Assembly: GCA_016748015.1 (NCBI GenBank) | Contig: JAAOMT010000294.1 | Coordinates: 164,541-228,540 of the forward strand | Reading direction: 5' to 3' | Source of the DNA: Geosiphon pyriformis uo1 | Taxonomy: Eukaryota > Fungi > Glomeromycota | DNA length: 64,000 bases | In this document: piece after piece, positions 13,090 through 25,338 of the stretch | Layout of the letters: every line of letters begins with the position of its first letter | How positions within the stretch are numbered: the first letter of the stretch is position 1 | Notes under the pieces: generated by a model | Databases searched by the model: none | The model's input: only the letters and a program-made list of their open reading frames with translations | What the model was told of the DNA's origin: nothing | Position numbers and translations under genes: made by a program

Positions 13090-13489
13090 ATTTTACGTGT
13101 TTGGTTCAATAATTATAATTGGTTTCAGATCTCATGGAATCTCATCTGGTTGGACTAGTATTCTTTGTACTTCTAATTATAGAATATTATTGGTGGATGG
13201 TGATATTATATAGTAATATGGTTTCAGTCAATTACCATGTGCTGCTTTGGCTAAGATTTTGTTGTTCTATCTTAATTTATAAGCTCTATTTCCAAGAATT
13301 TCTTTTGTGTGAAATGGTCTATTTTATTTGGGGTCAAATTTTCTACTTTATTGTTTTTCTACTTTGGTACGATATAAAAGTACTTTGTCTCCAATTTTGA
13401 ATTCAACTGGTTTATCTGGTAGTTGATTATTATGTCTTTTTTTTTGTTTTTCTTGTGACTTTTGGATGTTATCAGCTGTTTTTTGCTGC
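13090..13489 (-). pseudogene. pol: E3 integrase C-terminus (GPY/F region)
   Basis: KFDPK..RPF, AYKLR, DLKPIIIIEPNT*. Confidence 0.8.
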
Positions 13490-14351
13490 TGTTACAGATG
13501 ATTATTTGGGGTCTCAAGTCAAATAACAAATCTGTAACTTGGTGCTTAGTTAGTATTCTGGTGTTGATATCTGAAGGTGTAGTTTATTTAAAGGTTTTGT
13601 TGTGGAGTTTTTTGTATAATAGACAGAGATATAATTAATGTTTTTATTTGTAGCTTTCTGAAACCACAGTTTTGTCAAATTTTTTTCTCAGTGTAGTGGC
13701 CAGTAATTTTCCTAGTAAGCTATTCTCAAATTTATGAGTGTTTTATCCTTGTTTTATGGGTCTTTTACCAGTTCCTATGACATTTGTAACTTAGTGCTTA
13801 ATCCTTAATCAATTTAGCAAAACCAAAAAAATAACAAAAGAAATAAAAGAAAATAAAAGAAGATAAAAAATAAACAAAAACAATTGCAAGTTAGTATCCT
13901 GTCAATAGCCATAATCAAGAGCTATTGTTCTAGCATAGTTAAGTATCAATTACTATTAACATAAAGTGTTGATAGTGGAGAGTAGATTGAGATAGTGAAT
14001 AATTATTTATTAATATTTTTGTGAATTGGAAGGTCACTTAGATGAACTCTAAACTGGAAGATCTCTAACTAAAAGATTCTGTTTTTTTATTTCTAATGCT
14101 ACCACTATATATACATAATTTGGGTTCTATGAGATTACTCACATTCTTGAGTGATGTGCTATAATTTCTCAAGCAATGCTCATATTGTTGAACAATGTGC
14201 TATATTTTCTTGACATCGCTCCACATTGCTAAGCAATGTGCCATGATTTCTAATATTGCTCCACATTGCTGAGCAATGTGCTCATGTGCTCACTATTACT
14301 CTCTTATTGGTCTACTATTTTTCTATATCTGTTTTCTTTTTATGAATAACA
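13490..14351 (-). repeat. 3' LTR of E4 (CACATTGCT-N-AGCAATGTG repeat type)
   Basis: tgttacagatg...aataaca; palindromes at 14222-14240 and 14262-14280. Confidence 0.95.
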
Positions 14352-14365
14352 TTATCTCCTCTTTT

Positions 14366-15002
14366 TTAATATTGAGCTCCGTCAAAATCTTTGTTTTGAA
14401 TTAATTCTAATACTTTTTTTTTCAAGTATTGTTTGTTTAACTCTGTTCCTTATGTCTTCTACTTGTGTATTGTTTATTCTTCCCCATTGGTTAATGGTTA
14501 TGGTTTTCATGTCAGAGTATAACAGTATTTCTGGATAGTTCCAAAATATGTTGTATAGTCGGTACATTGTTTTAACATGTAGTATTGAATTTGTTTTCTT
14601 TCTGATAAATTTTTAAATTTGTTGTATTATGTCTTGATTGAATATTTTCTTGGATTTGTCGATATACAACTCCTGAATATTCAACTTTTGACTTAACTGG
14701 TAGTAGCAATATGATATTAGAAGTTATTCTGTCCATTGTTTCCAATTTTTTTTTGTAAGCTCTTCTGTTGGTGCCATGATAGGTATTTTCCCAAAAGTGT
14801 TTTTTACTTTTTCTATTACATTATCTGTCCAGTTTTTATCATTCTTTAGTAGTCACTAATATGGTGTATTTTTTGTCTTTCTTTTGGTGTTTCGATAGCA
14901 AATTGTTTGGTTGTTAATAATAATTTTTATGTCTAACTGTTGTTGACTTAAGGCTTGGAACAATTGTTGAGTTATAGTATAAATATGATCTGGTATTTTC
15001 AT
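14366..15002 (-). pseudogene. ORF3 of E4 (variant 2)
   Basis: MKIPDHI...CYYQL...MYRLYNIF...NQWGRINNTQV...DGAQY*. Confidence 0.8.
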
Positions 15003-15062
15003 TTTTTTTGGTTGCTTTTGTCACATGTATTGTGTCTTTATATACTCTTTTGGTTGTTTACT

Positions 15063-18000
15063 TCTACGTGTTTGGTTCAATAATTATGATTGGTTTCAGA
15101 TCTCATAGAATCTTATCTGGTTGAACTAGTTTTCTTTGTACTCTCAATTGTGGAATGTTATTGGTGAATGATGATGCTATCTGGTGATATGGTTTCAGTC
15201 GATTATCATGTGCTGTTTTGGCTAAGATTTTGTTGTCCTATCTTAATTTATAAGCTTCATTCCTTAGAATTTCTTCTATGTAAAATGCTCCATCCTATTT
15301 GGGGTCAAATTTTCCACTCCATTGTTTTTCCACTTTGGTACAATGTAATAGTACTTTGTCTCCAATCTTGAATTCAACTGGTTTGTCTTGTAGTTGGTTA
15401 TCATGTTATTTTTTTTGCTTTTCTTGTGACTTTTGGATGTTGTCAACTGCTTTTTGTTGTCTGTTTTCTAGTGTTTCCATTAAGTCATATGTTCTTCTTA
15501 ACAATGTTTCTTGGAAATTATCTTCTGTTATTGTTTCAGTTGGATATGTATTGACCTCTATCTCAACTGGTAATGTTGCTGTTCTACTGTATACCAATTC
15601 AAATGGTATTGCTTGTGTGGTATCTTGCTTTATTGTCCAATAAGCAAATAATACTAATGGTATAAACAAATTCTATTCATTTTGATTTTCCTGGCTGATT
15701 TTGGCTATAGCTTCACACAATGTTCTGTTGAATTTTTCAACTAATTCATTTGTTTGTAAATAGTATGATAATGATAGTGGTCTTTTTATTCCAAATTTTT
15801 GGCTTAATTCTGCTAATGTTCTGTTTACAAAGTGAGTTCCTTGATCTGATAATAATTCTTTTGGACATTCATGTCAACAGATCAAATCTTGATGAACAAA
15901 TTTGGCAACAGATTTTACATCTACTCTTTGAATTGCTTTTGCTTTTGGCCATTTAGTGAGATAGTCCATGGCTACTGCAATATATCAGTTGCATCTGCTG
16001 GTAATTGTTAATGGTCTGACTAAGTCAATTCCAATGTGATCAAATGGTTGTTCCACTTTGATTGGTCTTAATGGTTCATTGGGTTTTGTTCCTCCTCTTT
16101 GTTGACATGCATTACAATTTTGAATGTATTGGATGATGTCTGGATACATTGATGGCCAATAATATCTTTTTCTGGTTCTTTTCATTGTTGCTTCTTTATG
16201 AAAATGTCTTGCTGTTGGATCTGAATGCATGTTGAATAATATTGTTTCTTTCTCTGGCTCTGTGATTACTCTGGTTGGTTGATCTGGATTCTTTCTGTTT
16301 TTCTGGTAAAGTATATTTTCGTGGTTAATAAAATATTTTGATTGTTGTTTTATGTTGTTTTGTTCCTTTTGAGATAATTTTTCTTTGAACTGTTGGGTAT
16401 TAATATAATATTGTAGTTGTTAATATTTTTGGGTGTTTATCTTTTGTTATATTTTCATTGTGTTTGTTTTGGTTTTGTTATATTTTTGGGTTGAAATGTT
16501 TTTAGATTTGTCTCATTTGTAACAACCCATCAGCATTTCTATTATCTTTTTCTTTTTTATAATGTATAGTATAAGTATATAGTGATAGTGCTATTTTCTA
16601 TCTTGATTGTCTTCTATCTTCAAATTTTTGTTTATGAAGTGCTGTTAATCCCTTGTAATCTGTGTATACATCAAACTTCTGGCTTAAGTATTTACTCCAT
16701 TTTATGACTGCCCAATAAATTGCCAAGTATTCTAATTCTGGTTTTTCATAATTTCTTTCAGCTGGAGTTAAACCTCAGCTGGCATATGCAACTGGATGTT
16801 CTCTTCCATCCAGTCTTTTCTGTGATAGTACTGCTCTTAATGCTTGGTCTAATACATTAGTGATAATGATGAATGGTTTGTTGTGATCCGAATAGATCAG
16901 TACCAGAGCTTGTATAAGCTTTCTTCTTAGAATATTAAAAGCTTCTTGTTGTGCTTCCATCCATTTGTATTTCACATTCTTGGTTTGGAGATGATTGAGT
17001 GGTTGGGCTATCTTAAAAAATTTTTTGATGAAGCATTGATAATAGTCTGCAAATCCCAAGAATGATTTTAACTCTGTTACATTGGTTGGTACTGGAAAGT
17101 TCTTGACTATTTCTATCTTTTCTGGATTTGTTTTAATCCCATCTTGGCTGACTACATGTTCCAAAAATTTTAGCTCTGTCTTGTTGAAGTAATACTTAGT
17201 AGCATTTAGTTTTAATCTTGCTTGTCTAAGTCTTTTGAACACTTGCTATAGATAATAGAGATAATCATCAAATGTCTTTGAAAATATGTTGGTGTTATTT
17301 AAGTAAACTACTACTGATTTCCATAGTAAGCCTGTGTATACTATTTCCATTAGCTATTGGAATGTTGCTGGTGCATTGGTCAAGCCAAATAGCATGACTT
17401 CAAACTCAAAATTTTCTTTTTTTGTGGTAAATACTGTTTTTTCTTTGTTGGCTGGATCCATGGCTACTTGTCAGTAACCACTATCTAAATCTAGTGTTAA
17501 AAACCATTTATTTTCTCCAAAAGCATCAAATAATTCTTGGATTTTTGGAGTTGGATAGCTGTCTCCTTTGGTGACTCTATTTAGTTTCCGGTAATCTACA
17601 CAAAAGTGAATTTTCTCATTTTTCTTTTGGACTAGTACCACTGGTGATAACCATGGACTCATTGATAGCTGAATTAGCCCATTGTCAAGCATCTAATTGA
17701 TTTCTTAATGAATGATTTTATGACTAGCTGGTAGTACTCTGTACACTCTTTGTTTAATTAAAATTGCATCTCCAGTCTTAATCTGATGTTAGATGATATT
17801 GGTGCGGCCAAATTCATTTTCACTAGCAAAGATATTATTGAAATTGCTGAGTAATATCTTTAGTTGCATCTGTTGGAGTGGATCTAGATTTCCCATGTTT
17901 ATCTGTTTCAATTGTTTCAGTTGGAGCAGATAACATTTACTTTGGCCATAGATGGTTTGTGATGTAATGTTCACATATCTGCAAAGCTGTGAAAAATCTG

Positions 18001-21000
18001 GAATATGGTCTGGTGGTTGATTCTTAACTTCAGTGATTAAATATTTAATGATAGTTCCCTTTGGTATTTCAATAACATTTTCCATTGTGTTGTAGATGAA
18101 AATTTTAATGTTTTTGGGGCTTTTAGCTAATATGTAAAAATTAGTGAGTCCAATCTTTCTTGATTCGCAAATGGTGGCTTCTGCTTTAAACAACTGAGCT
18201 TGATTCTTTACTTCTCTTTTTATGGCTAACATATACTGGTCATATGGTAGAATGAAAATTGATTAATGAGTTGAGATAATTTCTTCTTTGTCAATAACCT
18301 CTTCCTCTGTTATATTAACTGGTACATCTATTTTACTTATTGATCTGAATCCTTGTATTCCTTTTGCTGTTATCCTTAATTTTTCCCTGTTTCCCACTGA
18401 TACTAACTGAGCTATTTTCACCAGAGATAGAAATGTTGCCTGTGCTATCTTTTCATTTGGCTCTATAATATATGCCTTTTCTGAATTATTTTGTAGCATA
18501 GCAATAATATTTCTTATGTATCTTGCATCAATTATTCCTTTTCTGATGTTGATTTTCTTTTTTGCTAGGCTACTTCTAGATGCTAACTGAACCATTGTTG
18601 TTGCTAGAATTTCCAATGTTATCTTAAGATCAATACATGTACATGAATATAGTTCCAATTTAATGACATCCTTCCCTAGATATCTCAAATTAAACTCTGT
18701 ATTAATATCATGCACACATTCTGGCATAATGCCTTCATTATTGTCACTATACCATTTGAGTTCCTGCTCCTTGGAGAGATCAAAAAGTGCAATGTATATT
18801 TCAGGGTTTAAATCAGAGTTTGAATTGTTGATATTTTTGTTGCCATTTTGAATGGAGCTAGAACTGTTATTTTCATTATCATTATTGTCAGAGTTTGAAT
18901 CGGAATTAAAATTTGATTCTGATTCTGATGCACAGCTGCTCATTGGCTTATTTTTTTCTGGGATTGTGTAGATCATACATGGTGGTGGATTGTAAATGAG
19001 GTTACACTCATTACAATATTGGAAGTCATAGGAAATTAAGCAATGTTAACATAATCGAGTATTCAACTGTTTTAGGCATTGCTCTTGCTCTTCCCTTGTG
19101 GGTGCTAGTTCCTGGTAGTGTTCATAGAATTGTTCTGGATCTAAAAAATTTATGACTGGTTCTGAGTCCCAGTCAAGTTCTATGGGTTCTGGTGAGTTGT
19201 TTTTGATTTCTCTGATTTTTTCAGGTGATGCTCCTTCTATCTTGGCTATTGCCATTCTCCATAACTTGTCATTATTGTGTGAACAACTGTTTAATCACTG
19301 TACAGCTCTTCTCCAGATGACTTCTATTGGTGTCCCTTTTTTAACCCAGTCACTGATGAAGATTATGTATTGGCACAAAGTGTCACACATCCTTCCTTAT
19401 CCTGGAATGTCATTCCATATTCCTTCATTGAGTAAGATTTCTCCACAAGTTAAACAAAGTTTGTTGTCCCATTTTCCTTGTCATTTTGGTCATTCAAAGC
19501 ATTTTATAACGCATGCATGGCAGTAAAATTTGGTTGCTGTTTGGTATTCCTTATTGTTGCCATAGTATGTGCCCATTGATGACAATTTCTTGCTGCAATT
19601 GACACATATCAGCTTTGGTCGACAATAGCTCAATTGTTGTATTGGTGTATATGTGTAAGGGGTGTAAATGGCAGTTGGTAGTGGCTTTACTTCTTTCGCT
19701 TTTCCTTTCCCTTTCTCCTTCTCATCTCATTCCCAAGTTGTCAGTTCTTCTGAATCATAGTTGGTTTCCCAGTCTTGGTCAGTGCTTTAGGTAAGTTCTT
19801 TTTTCTGCTTTCCTTTGCTGTTGTCATTCCATAAAGGTACTGATAGCAGCTCATTGTGTTCTGTGTTGGCCCAAGAAACTTGGTAGACTTCCCAGATAAG
19901 TTTCTTCTCTTCTTTCTCAAATTTGATAAGTGGGGCTGGTGGTGTGGTGGTGGGCTTGAAGTGTCCACACATGGCAGGTACATGTATGTGTCATCCATTC
20001 TGGCTAAGTTGAAGCTCTTATGTGTTCCAATCAAGTGTTACATTGATCTTATACAGTCAATTGTTACCAACAAGTGCTTGGTATTGGGTGGCTTTCATAA
20101 CTAGTACTTTGATTAGTACAATTATGCCATTGACTTCAATGGAGAAGTCATTAATCTCATCAATGGGAGTTTTAGTTGCTCCATCAGTGGTTATGATCCT
20201 GGGGCTAGCAGCACAATCAATTTGGTGACCTAATTGGTCCATGAATTGTCTTGTGATAATGCTGCCAGCTGATTTGCTGTCTAGTATCAGTTTAATAGCA
20301 TAACCATCAATCTTCACATCAGTGTACATGATAGTAATCAGTTTGATGTCAAGGGCAGTCCTACTGAATAATAGAACTGGTGTGGTTTCCTTGAATTCAA
20401 ATGGAAAAATAGCTGTTAAGAACTTATTATTGGAGATAGTTGCTGGTGGGATATTGCTGATAAGTGGCTGTTTCTGGTTGGGTTCTGGATGATTGGATGT
20501 GGCATCTTCTAGGGTTATCAAGAGACTTAAATAGTTCTGAGAATTCAGGTTTTGGGTGTACCTGGTGCCCAAATTCTATTGTCAAGATCCTGATAGTTGT
20601 GCTGTGAAACTGGAGATTGGTTAATGGACCAACATTGACAATCTCCAGCTTTGCTATATCAGTCTTGGCCTTTAAGTTCTGTTTTGAGGTAAGTTCTATA
20701 GCAGTGTTTGAATTTGTTGGGGCTAATAAATTACCTAAGGCTGCAGCTGATAAATGGGTTGGGAGTGCAGGTGATAAATGACAGATGCTGTTGGCTGATA
20801 AATTTGTGGCTGCATCATAGGTATGTAATTTGGTTAATATATTTCTGTATTTAATTAATAACTCAAAGTTAAAAACCTGTAATTGGGTTTTCAATATTGA
20901 TTTTCCGATTGTTGGTTTTCTATTCTTAACCGACAATTGATTCTCAAATGTCCTTGTTTACCACAGTAGTAGCAGATATGCATCTCTTGCTGCCATAATT

Positions 21001-22666
21001 GATTGGATGATGATGAGGAACACAACTGATTTTATGGGTAATTTGTGATTCCTAAATTATTGTATCATTGAGGTGGTTAATAAATTGCATGATTGTCAGC
21101 TAAGTACTCTTCAAGCTTTTGGTTAATGGAATCACTAAATTGTTTCAATTTGGAATCCAATTCAGATAATCTATTCATTACTAGATTTACAGCTTGGACA
21201 TAGTTAGCTTCAAGTTCAGCTGCTTCAAAATCTCTGGTGTTGGTAACTGCAGCTTGAAAGTCTGTTGGATGTATTGGGCATATGCGTTAGAGGATGCTGC
21301 TATGCAGACCTCTAATAAATTGGTTTAGGATTTGTGGTGCTGTAAAATAGTCAGTCTAAATTGCTTGAATTTGGTGCAAATTCTTATGGAAGCATCTTAG
21401 GTAAGTAGTGACTGCTTCATTTTCCCCTTGTTTGATAGTGGTGAAAGTGTTTGCTAGCCAATTAATACTATTATTATTGCTAAAGTACTGTAAGAATGCA
21501 AGCTTGAATATATTGAAATCTTGGAGTTTGTTAACCAAGCTTTAATACCATAAATTGGCAGTATTTTAGAGAAAATATGGAATGGCCTGCATGGCTCTGG
21601 CATCATTCCAGCCATTGACTGCGATGGCTTTCTCTATATCATTTAGCCATGCTTGGGCATCATCTTTTTCACTGGTGTATTTTTCAAGTTTGACAATAAG
21701 AGCATATGCCATTGGCATTATGATTTGTTGTTGTGGTGGTTGTTGAAGTTGTTGTTGTGGCGATGTAAGTGGCTGTTGTAGTTGTTGGGGTGGTTGAAGT
21801 GGCTACTGTTGAATTGGTTCAATAATTGGTTCAATTGGTGGTTGATTGATGACAATTACTGAAGATAAGTTTTGCTGATTAATTGTTTTAGGGTTTTAAT
21901 TGTCCTGATTGTGCTGTGTTTGAAAATTCAAAGTTTCAATTTCTGGGTTTTCAGTAATCAAGTTCTGGTAAGTAAATTCTTAATCTTCAAATTCTTCTTT
22001 TTCTTTTTCTTCTGATTCCATTATCTCCTAAGAACTCGTATTTCCAAAATCTGGTTGAGGTAGCAATGATCAGAATCCTAATGGTGTTGGCAATCATGAT
22101 TTAAATCCTTTAAAATAATTGCCATAGGTTTCTAGTAATTCTGCTTTCTTTTGTTTACTTTGAAATGGTAGTCATCCAAATATTGATGTTGTATGTAATG
22201 TAAATGCGTCTGTTGATGAAATGTTGATAGCGCTTTTAGGTATATAGTGGTATGACAGGTTTGTTGGTAATTCAACTCTGGTTTTCTTTTAAGTAGGTGG
22301 TTGTATTTGTTTTAGTGTTACTACTGGTGTTTGCAGTCTTCTTTTGCCTTTGTCTGCATAAGTAATAGGGAATTGTTGTTGTGTATATCTTTCAATGGTT
22401 TGATTAATTTCCCTAATAATTGGTGCGAAATTGTAGTTTCTTGGTAAACTGGTATGTTGAAATAATTTTGTATAGAAATTTTCTCTTGTGGATTCAATGT
22501 TAACTGTTCCTCCTAAGCAGTCTGTAATTTTATCATTAACGTAGAAGTTAAAGGCAAATTCTACTGGAAAGTGGTTATTGTTTAGTCCTAATTGTTGGCT
22601 GTACTGTTGAAACAAGAATTTGGTGAATCCTAAATGGTTTGCTTCTATGTTTTCTGATTCTGCCAC
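15063..22666 (-). pseudogene. pol: E4 single-frame Gag-Pol: gag ~20950-22666, PR ~20000-20340, Cys-rich ~19000-19640, dUTPase ~18320-18750, RT ~16950-17700, RNase H ~16520-16900, IN ~15063-16430
   Basis: SPVVLVQKK, FCVDYRKLN, LDLDSGY, YLNN (decayed YLDD), HPVAYAS, HSDPTARH..CNAC, IGIDLV; many stops. Confidence 0.93.
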
Positions 22667-22728
22667 TTTTGGATGATTGCTGTTGGTGCTGGTTCTTTAT
22701 AGAATTATACTTCACAGAAAGCACCAAA

Positions 22729-23551
22729 TGTTACAGATGATTATTTGGAGTCTCAAAACAAATAACAAATCCATAACTTAGTGCTTGGTTAGTATTCTGA
22801 TGTTAATATCTGAAGATGTGGTTTATTTGAAGATTTTGTTGTGGAGTTTTTTGTATAATGGACAGAAATATAATTGATGTTTTTATCTGTAGCTTCCCAA
22901 AACCACAGTTTCATCAAATTTTTTTTTTAGCATAATGGCTAGTAATCCTCCTGGTAAGCTATTCTTAAATCTATGAGTGTTCTATCCTTGTTTTATGGGT
23001 CTTTTACTATTCCCTATGATGTCTGTAACTCAGCACTTAATTTTTAATCAATTTAACAAAACCAAAAAAATAACAAAAGAAATAAAAAAAAATAAAAGAA
23101 AATAAAGAATAAACAAAAGCAATTGCAAGTTAATATTCTATCAATAGCCATAATCAAGAGCTATTGTTCTAGTATGGTTAAGTATTAATTACTATCAACA
23201 TGGAGTGTTGATAGTGGAGAGTGGATTGAAATAGTGAATAATTATTTATTGATATTTTTGTGAATTGGAAGGTTGCTTAAATGAACTCTAAACTAGGAGG
23301 TCTCTAACTGAAGGATTCTGTCTTTTCTACTTCTAACACTACCATTATATATACATAATTTGGGTTCTATGAGATTGCTCACATTTTCGAGCAATGTGCT
23401 ATAATTTCTTAAGCAATGCTTACATTGTTGAGCAATGTACTATATTTTTTTGACATCGCTCCATATTGCTGAGCAATGTGCTTATGTGTTTACTACTACT
23501 CTCTTATTGGTCTATTATTTTTCTATATCTGTTTTCTTTTTATGAGTAACA
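22729..23551 (-). repeat. 5' LTR of E4
   Basis: Matches 13490-14351 minus one ~40-bp repeat unit. Confidence 0.95.
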
Positions 23552-24066
23552 CCACTTGTTTTCTAGTGTTTCCATCAAGTTATATGTTTTTTTTAGCAAT
23601 GTTTCTTAAAAATTGTCTTCAGTTATTGGTTCTGTTGGATAAGTGTTGATTTCTATCTCAACTGGTAATGTTGCTATTCTATCATATATTAATTCAAATA
23701 ATGTTGCTTGTGTAGTGTCTTGTTTTATTGTTTGATAAGCAAATAATACTGATGATATAAACAAATCCCATTCATTCTGGTTTTTTTGACTAATCTTGGC
23801 GATTGTTTTATACAATGTTCTGTTAAATCTTTCAACTAACCCATTTGTTTGTGAATAGTATGGTAATGATAATGGTCTTTTTATCTCAAATCTTTGACTT
23901 AATTCTGTCAATGTTCTATTCACAAAGTGAGTTCCTTGATCAGATAGTAGTTCTTTTGGACATTTATGTCAACAGATCAAGTCTTAATATACAAATTCAG
24001 TAATAGATTCTGCATCTGCTCTTTGAATGGCTTTTGCTTCTGGCCATTTTGTAAGATAGTTCATGG
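23552..24066 (-). pseudogene. pol: Middle of E3 integrase core (between E4 and E5)
   Basis: YLTKWPEAKA, LLSDQGTHF, QTNGLVERFN. Confidence 0.9.
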
Positions 24067-24990
24067 TGTTACTCATAAAAAGAAAACAGATAGAGAAAAA
24101 TAGTAGACCAATAGGAGAATAGTAGTTAGCACGTGAGCACATGTGAAACAATATTAAAAATCACAGCATATTGCTTAGCAATGTAGAGCAATATCAGAAA
24201 TCATAGCACATTGCTTAGCAATGTGGAGCAATGTCAAAAAACATGGCACATCATTCAGCAATGTGAAGTAATGTTAGAAAATGAGAGCACATTGCTTAGC
24301 AATGTGAGCATTGCTCAAGAAATCATAGCACATCACTCAAAAATGTGAGTGATCTTGTAGAACATCAATTATGTATATATAGCAGTAGCGTTAGAAGTAG
24401 AAAGAACAGAATTCTTAGGTTAGAAACCATTCTGTTTAGATTTACTTTACACAACTTTCCACATCACAAATTATCAATAAATAATTATTCACTATTTCAA
24501 TTCATTCTCTATTATCAACACTTTATGTTGATAGTTATTGATACTTAACCACACTGGACCAATAGCTCTTAATCACAGCTATTGATAGGATACTAACTTG
24601 TTCATTGTCTTGGCTTATTTCTTTATGTTATTTTTTTTATTTTCTTGTCTTAATTGTTGTTATTACTAACTCTATTGAGGATTAATGCACAGGGTACTGA
24701 CATCAGAATATAGCACTGGTAAAAAACCCAGAAATAAGAGTAGGACACTCAATTGAAGTTAGCTTACCAGGAAAAACACCAGCCATTATGCTAAGAAAAA
24801 AATTGATGAAACTGCGGTTTCAGGAAGCTACAGATAAAACTATTACTACTGAATCTCTGTCTATTATATAAAGAACTCAACCAAAACCTTCAAATAAACA
24901 CACCTTCAGATTTCCATCATCAACAACCACCTTGAGCACCAAGTTATGGGTTTGTTATTTATTCCAATACCCAAATAATCACCTGTAACA
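24067..24990 (+). repeat. 5' LTR of E5
   Basis: TGTTACTC...TGTAACA; CCAAT at ~24109, palindromic repeats ~24130-24350, TATATATA at ~24375, AATAAA at ~24476. Confidence 0.95.
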
Positions 24991-24992
24991 TT

Positions 24993-25008
24993 TGGTGCTC
25001 CCTATGAG
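24993..25008 (+). promoter_or_regulatory. Primer-binding site TGGTGCTCCCTATGAG (E5)
   Basis: 2 nt after the LTR end CA. Confidence 0.85.
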
Positions 25009-25050
25009 ATATAATCCTACAGAGAACCAGTACCAACAAATAAATTAACA

Positions 25051-25338
25051 GTGGTAGAATCAGAAAGTATAGGAGCAAACTATTTAAGATTCGCAAAATT
25101 CTTATTTCAACACTACTGTCAACACTTGAGATTGAACCACAATCAGATATCAGCAGAATCAGACTTCAATTTCTACATCAATAAAAGAATTGCCTATTTG
25201 TTAAGAACACCAGTAAACACTAAATCAGTGAGAGAAACTTTTTACTATGAATTAATTCAAAACACCAGCTTACCAACAAATTATAACTTTGCATCCATTA
25301 TTACTGAGATTAATAAGAAAATTGAACATTATACACAA
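25051..25338 (+). pseudogene. gag: E5 gag N-terminal extension (continues at 35098)
   Basis: ...KIEHYTQ continues as QRYPIT after E6. Confidence 0.85.

Larger units (their letters stand above)
13490..23551 (-). mobile_element. E4: full-length uninterrupted family-A element (10,062 bp)
   Basis: LTRs 13490-14351 / 22729-23551, TSD ctgc/ccac, PBS 22711-22726, PPT 14352-14367, all domains in order. Confidence 0.96.

Noticed and set aside
24130-24350. Regularly spaced palindromes resembling a CRISPR array
   Set aside because: The spacers are themselves repeats, the array lies inside LTR U3, and there are no cas genes
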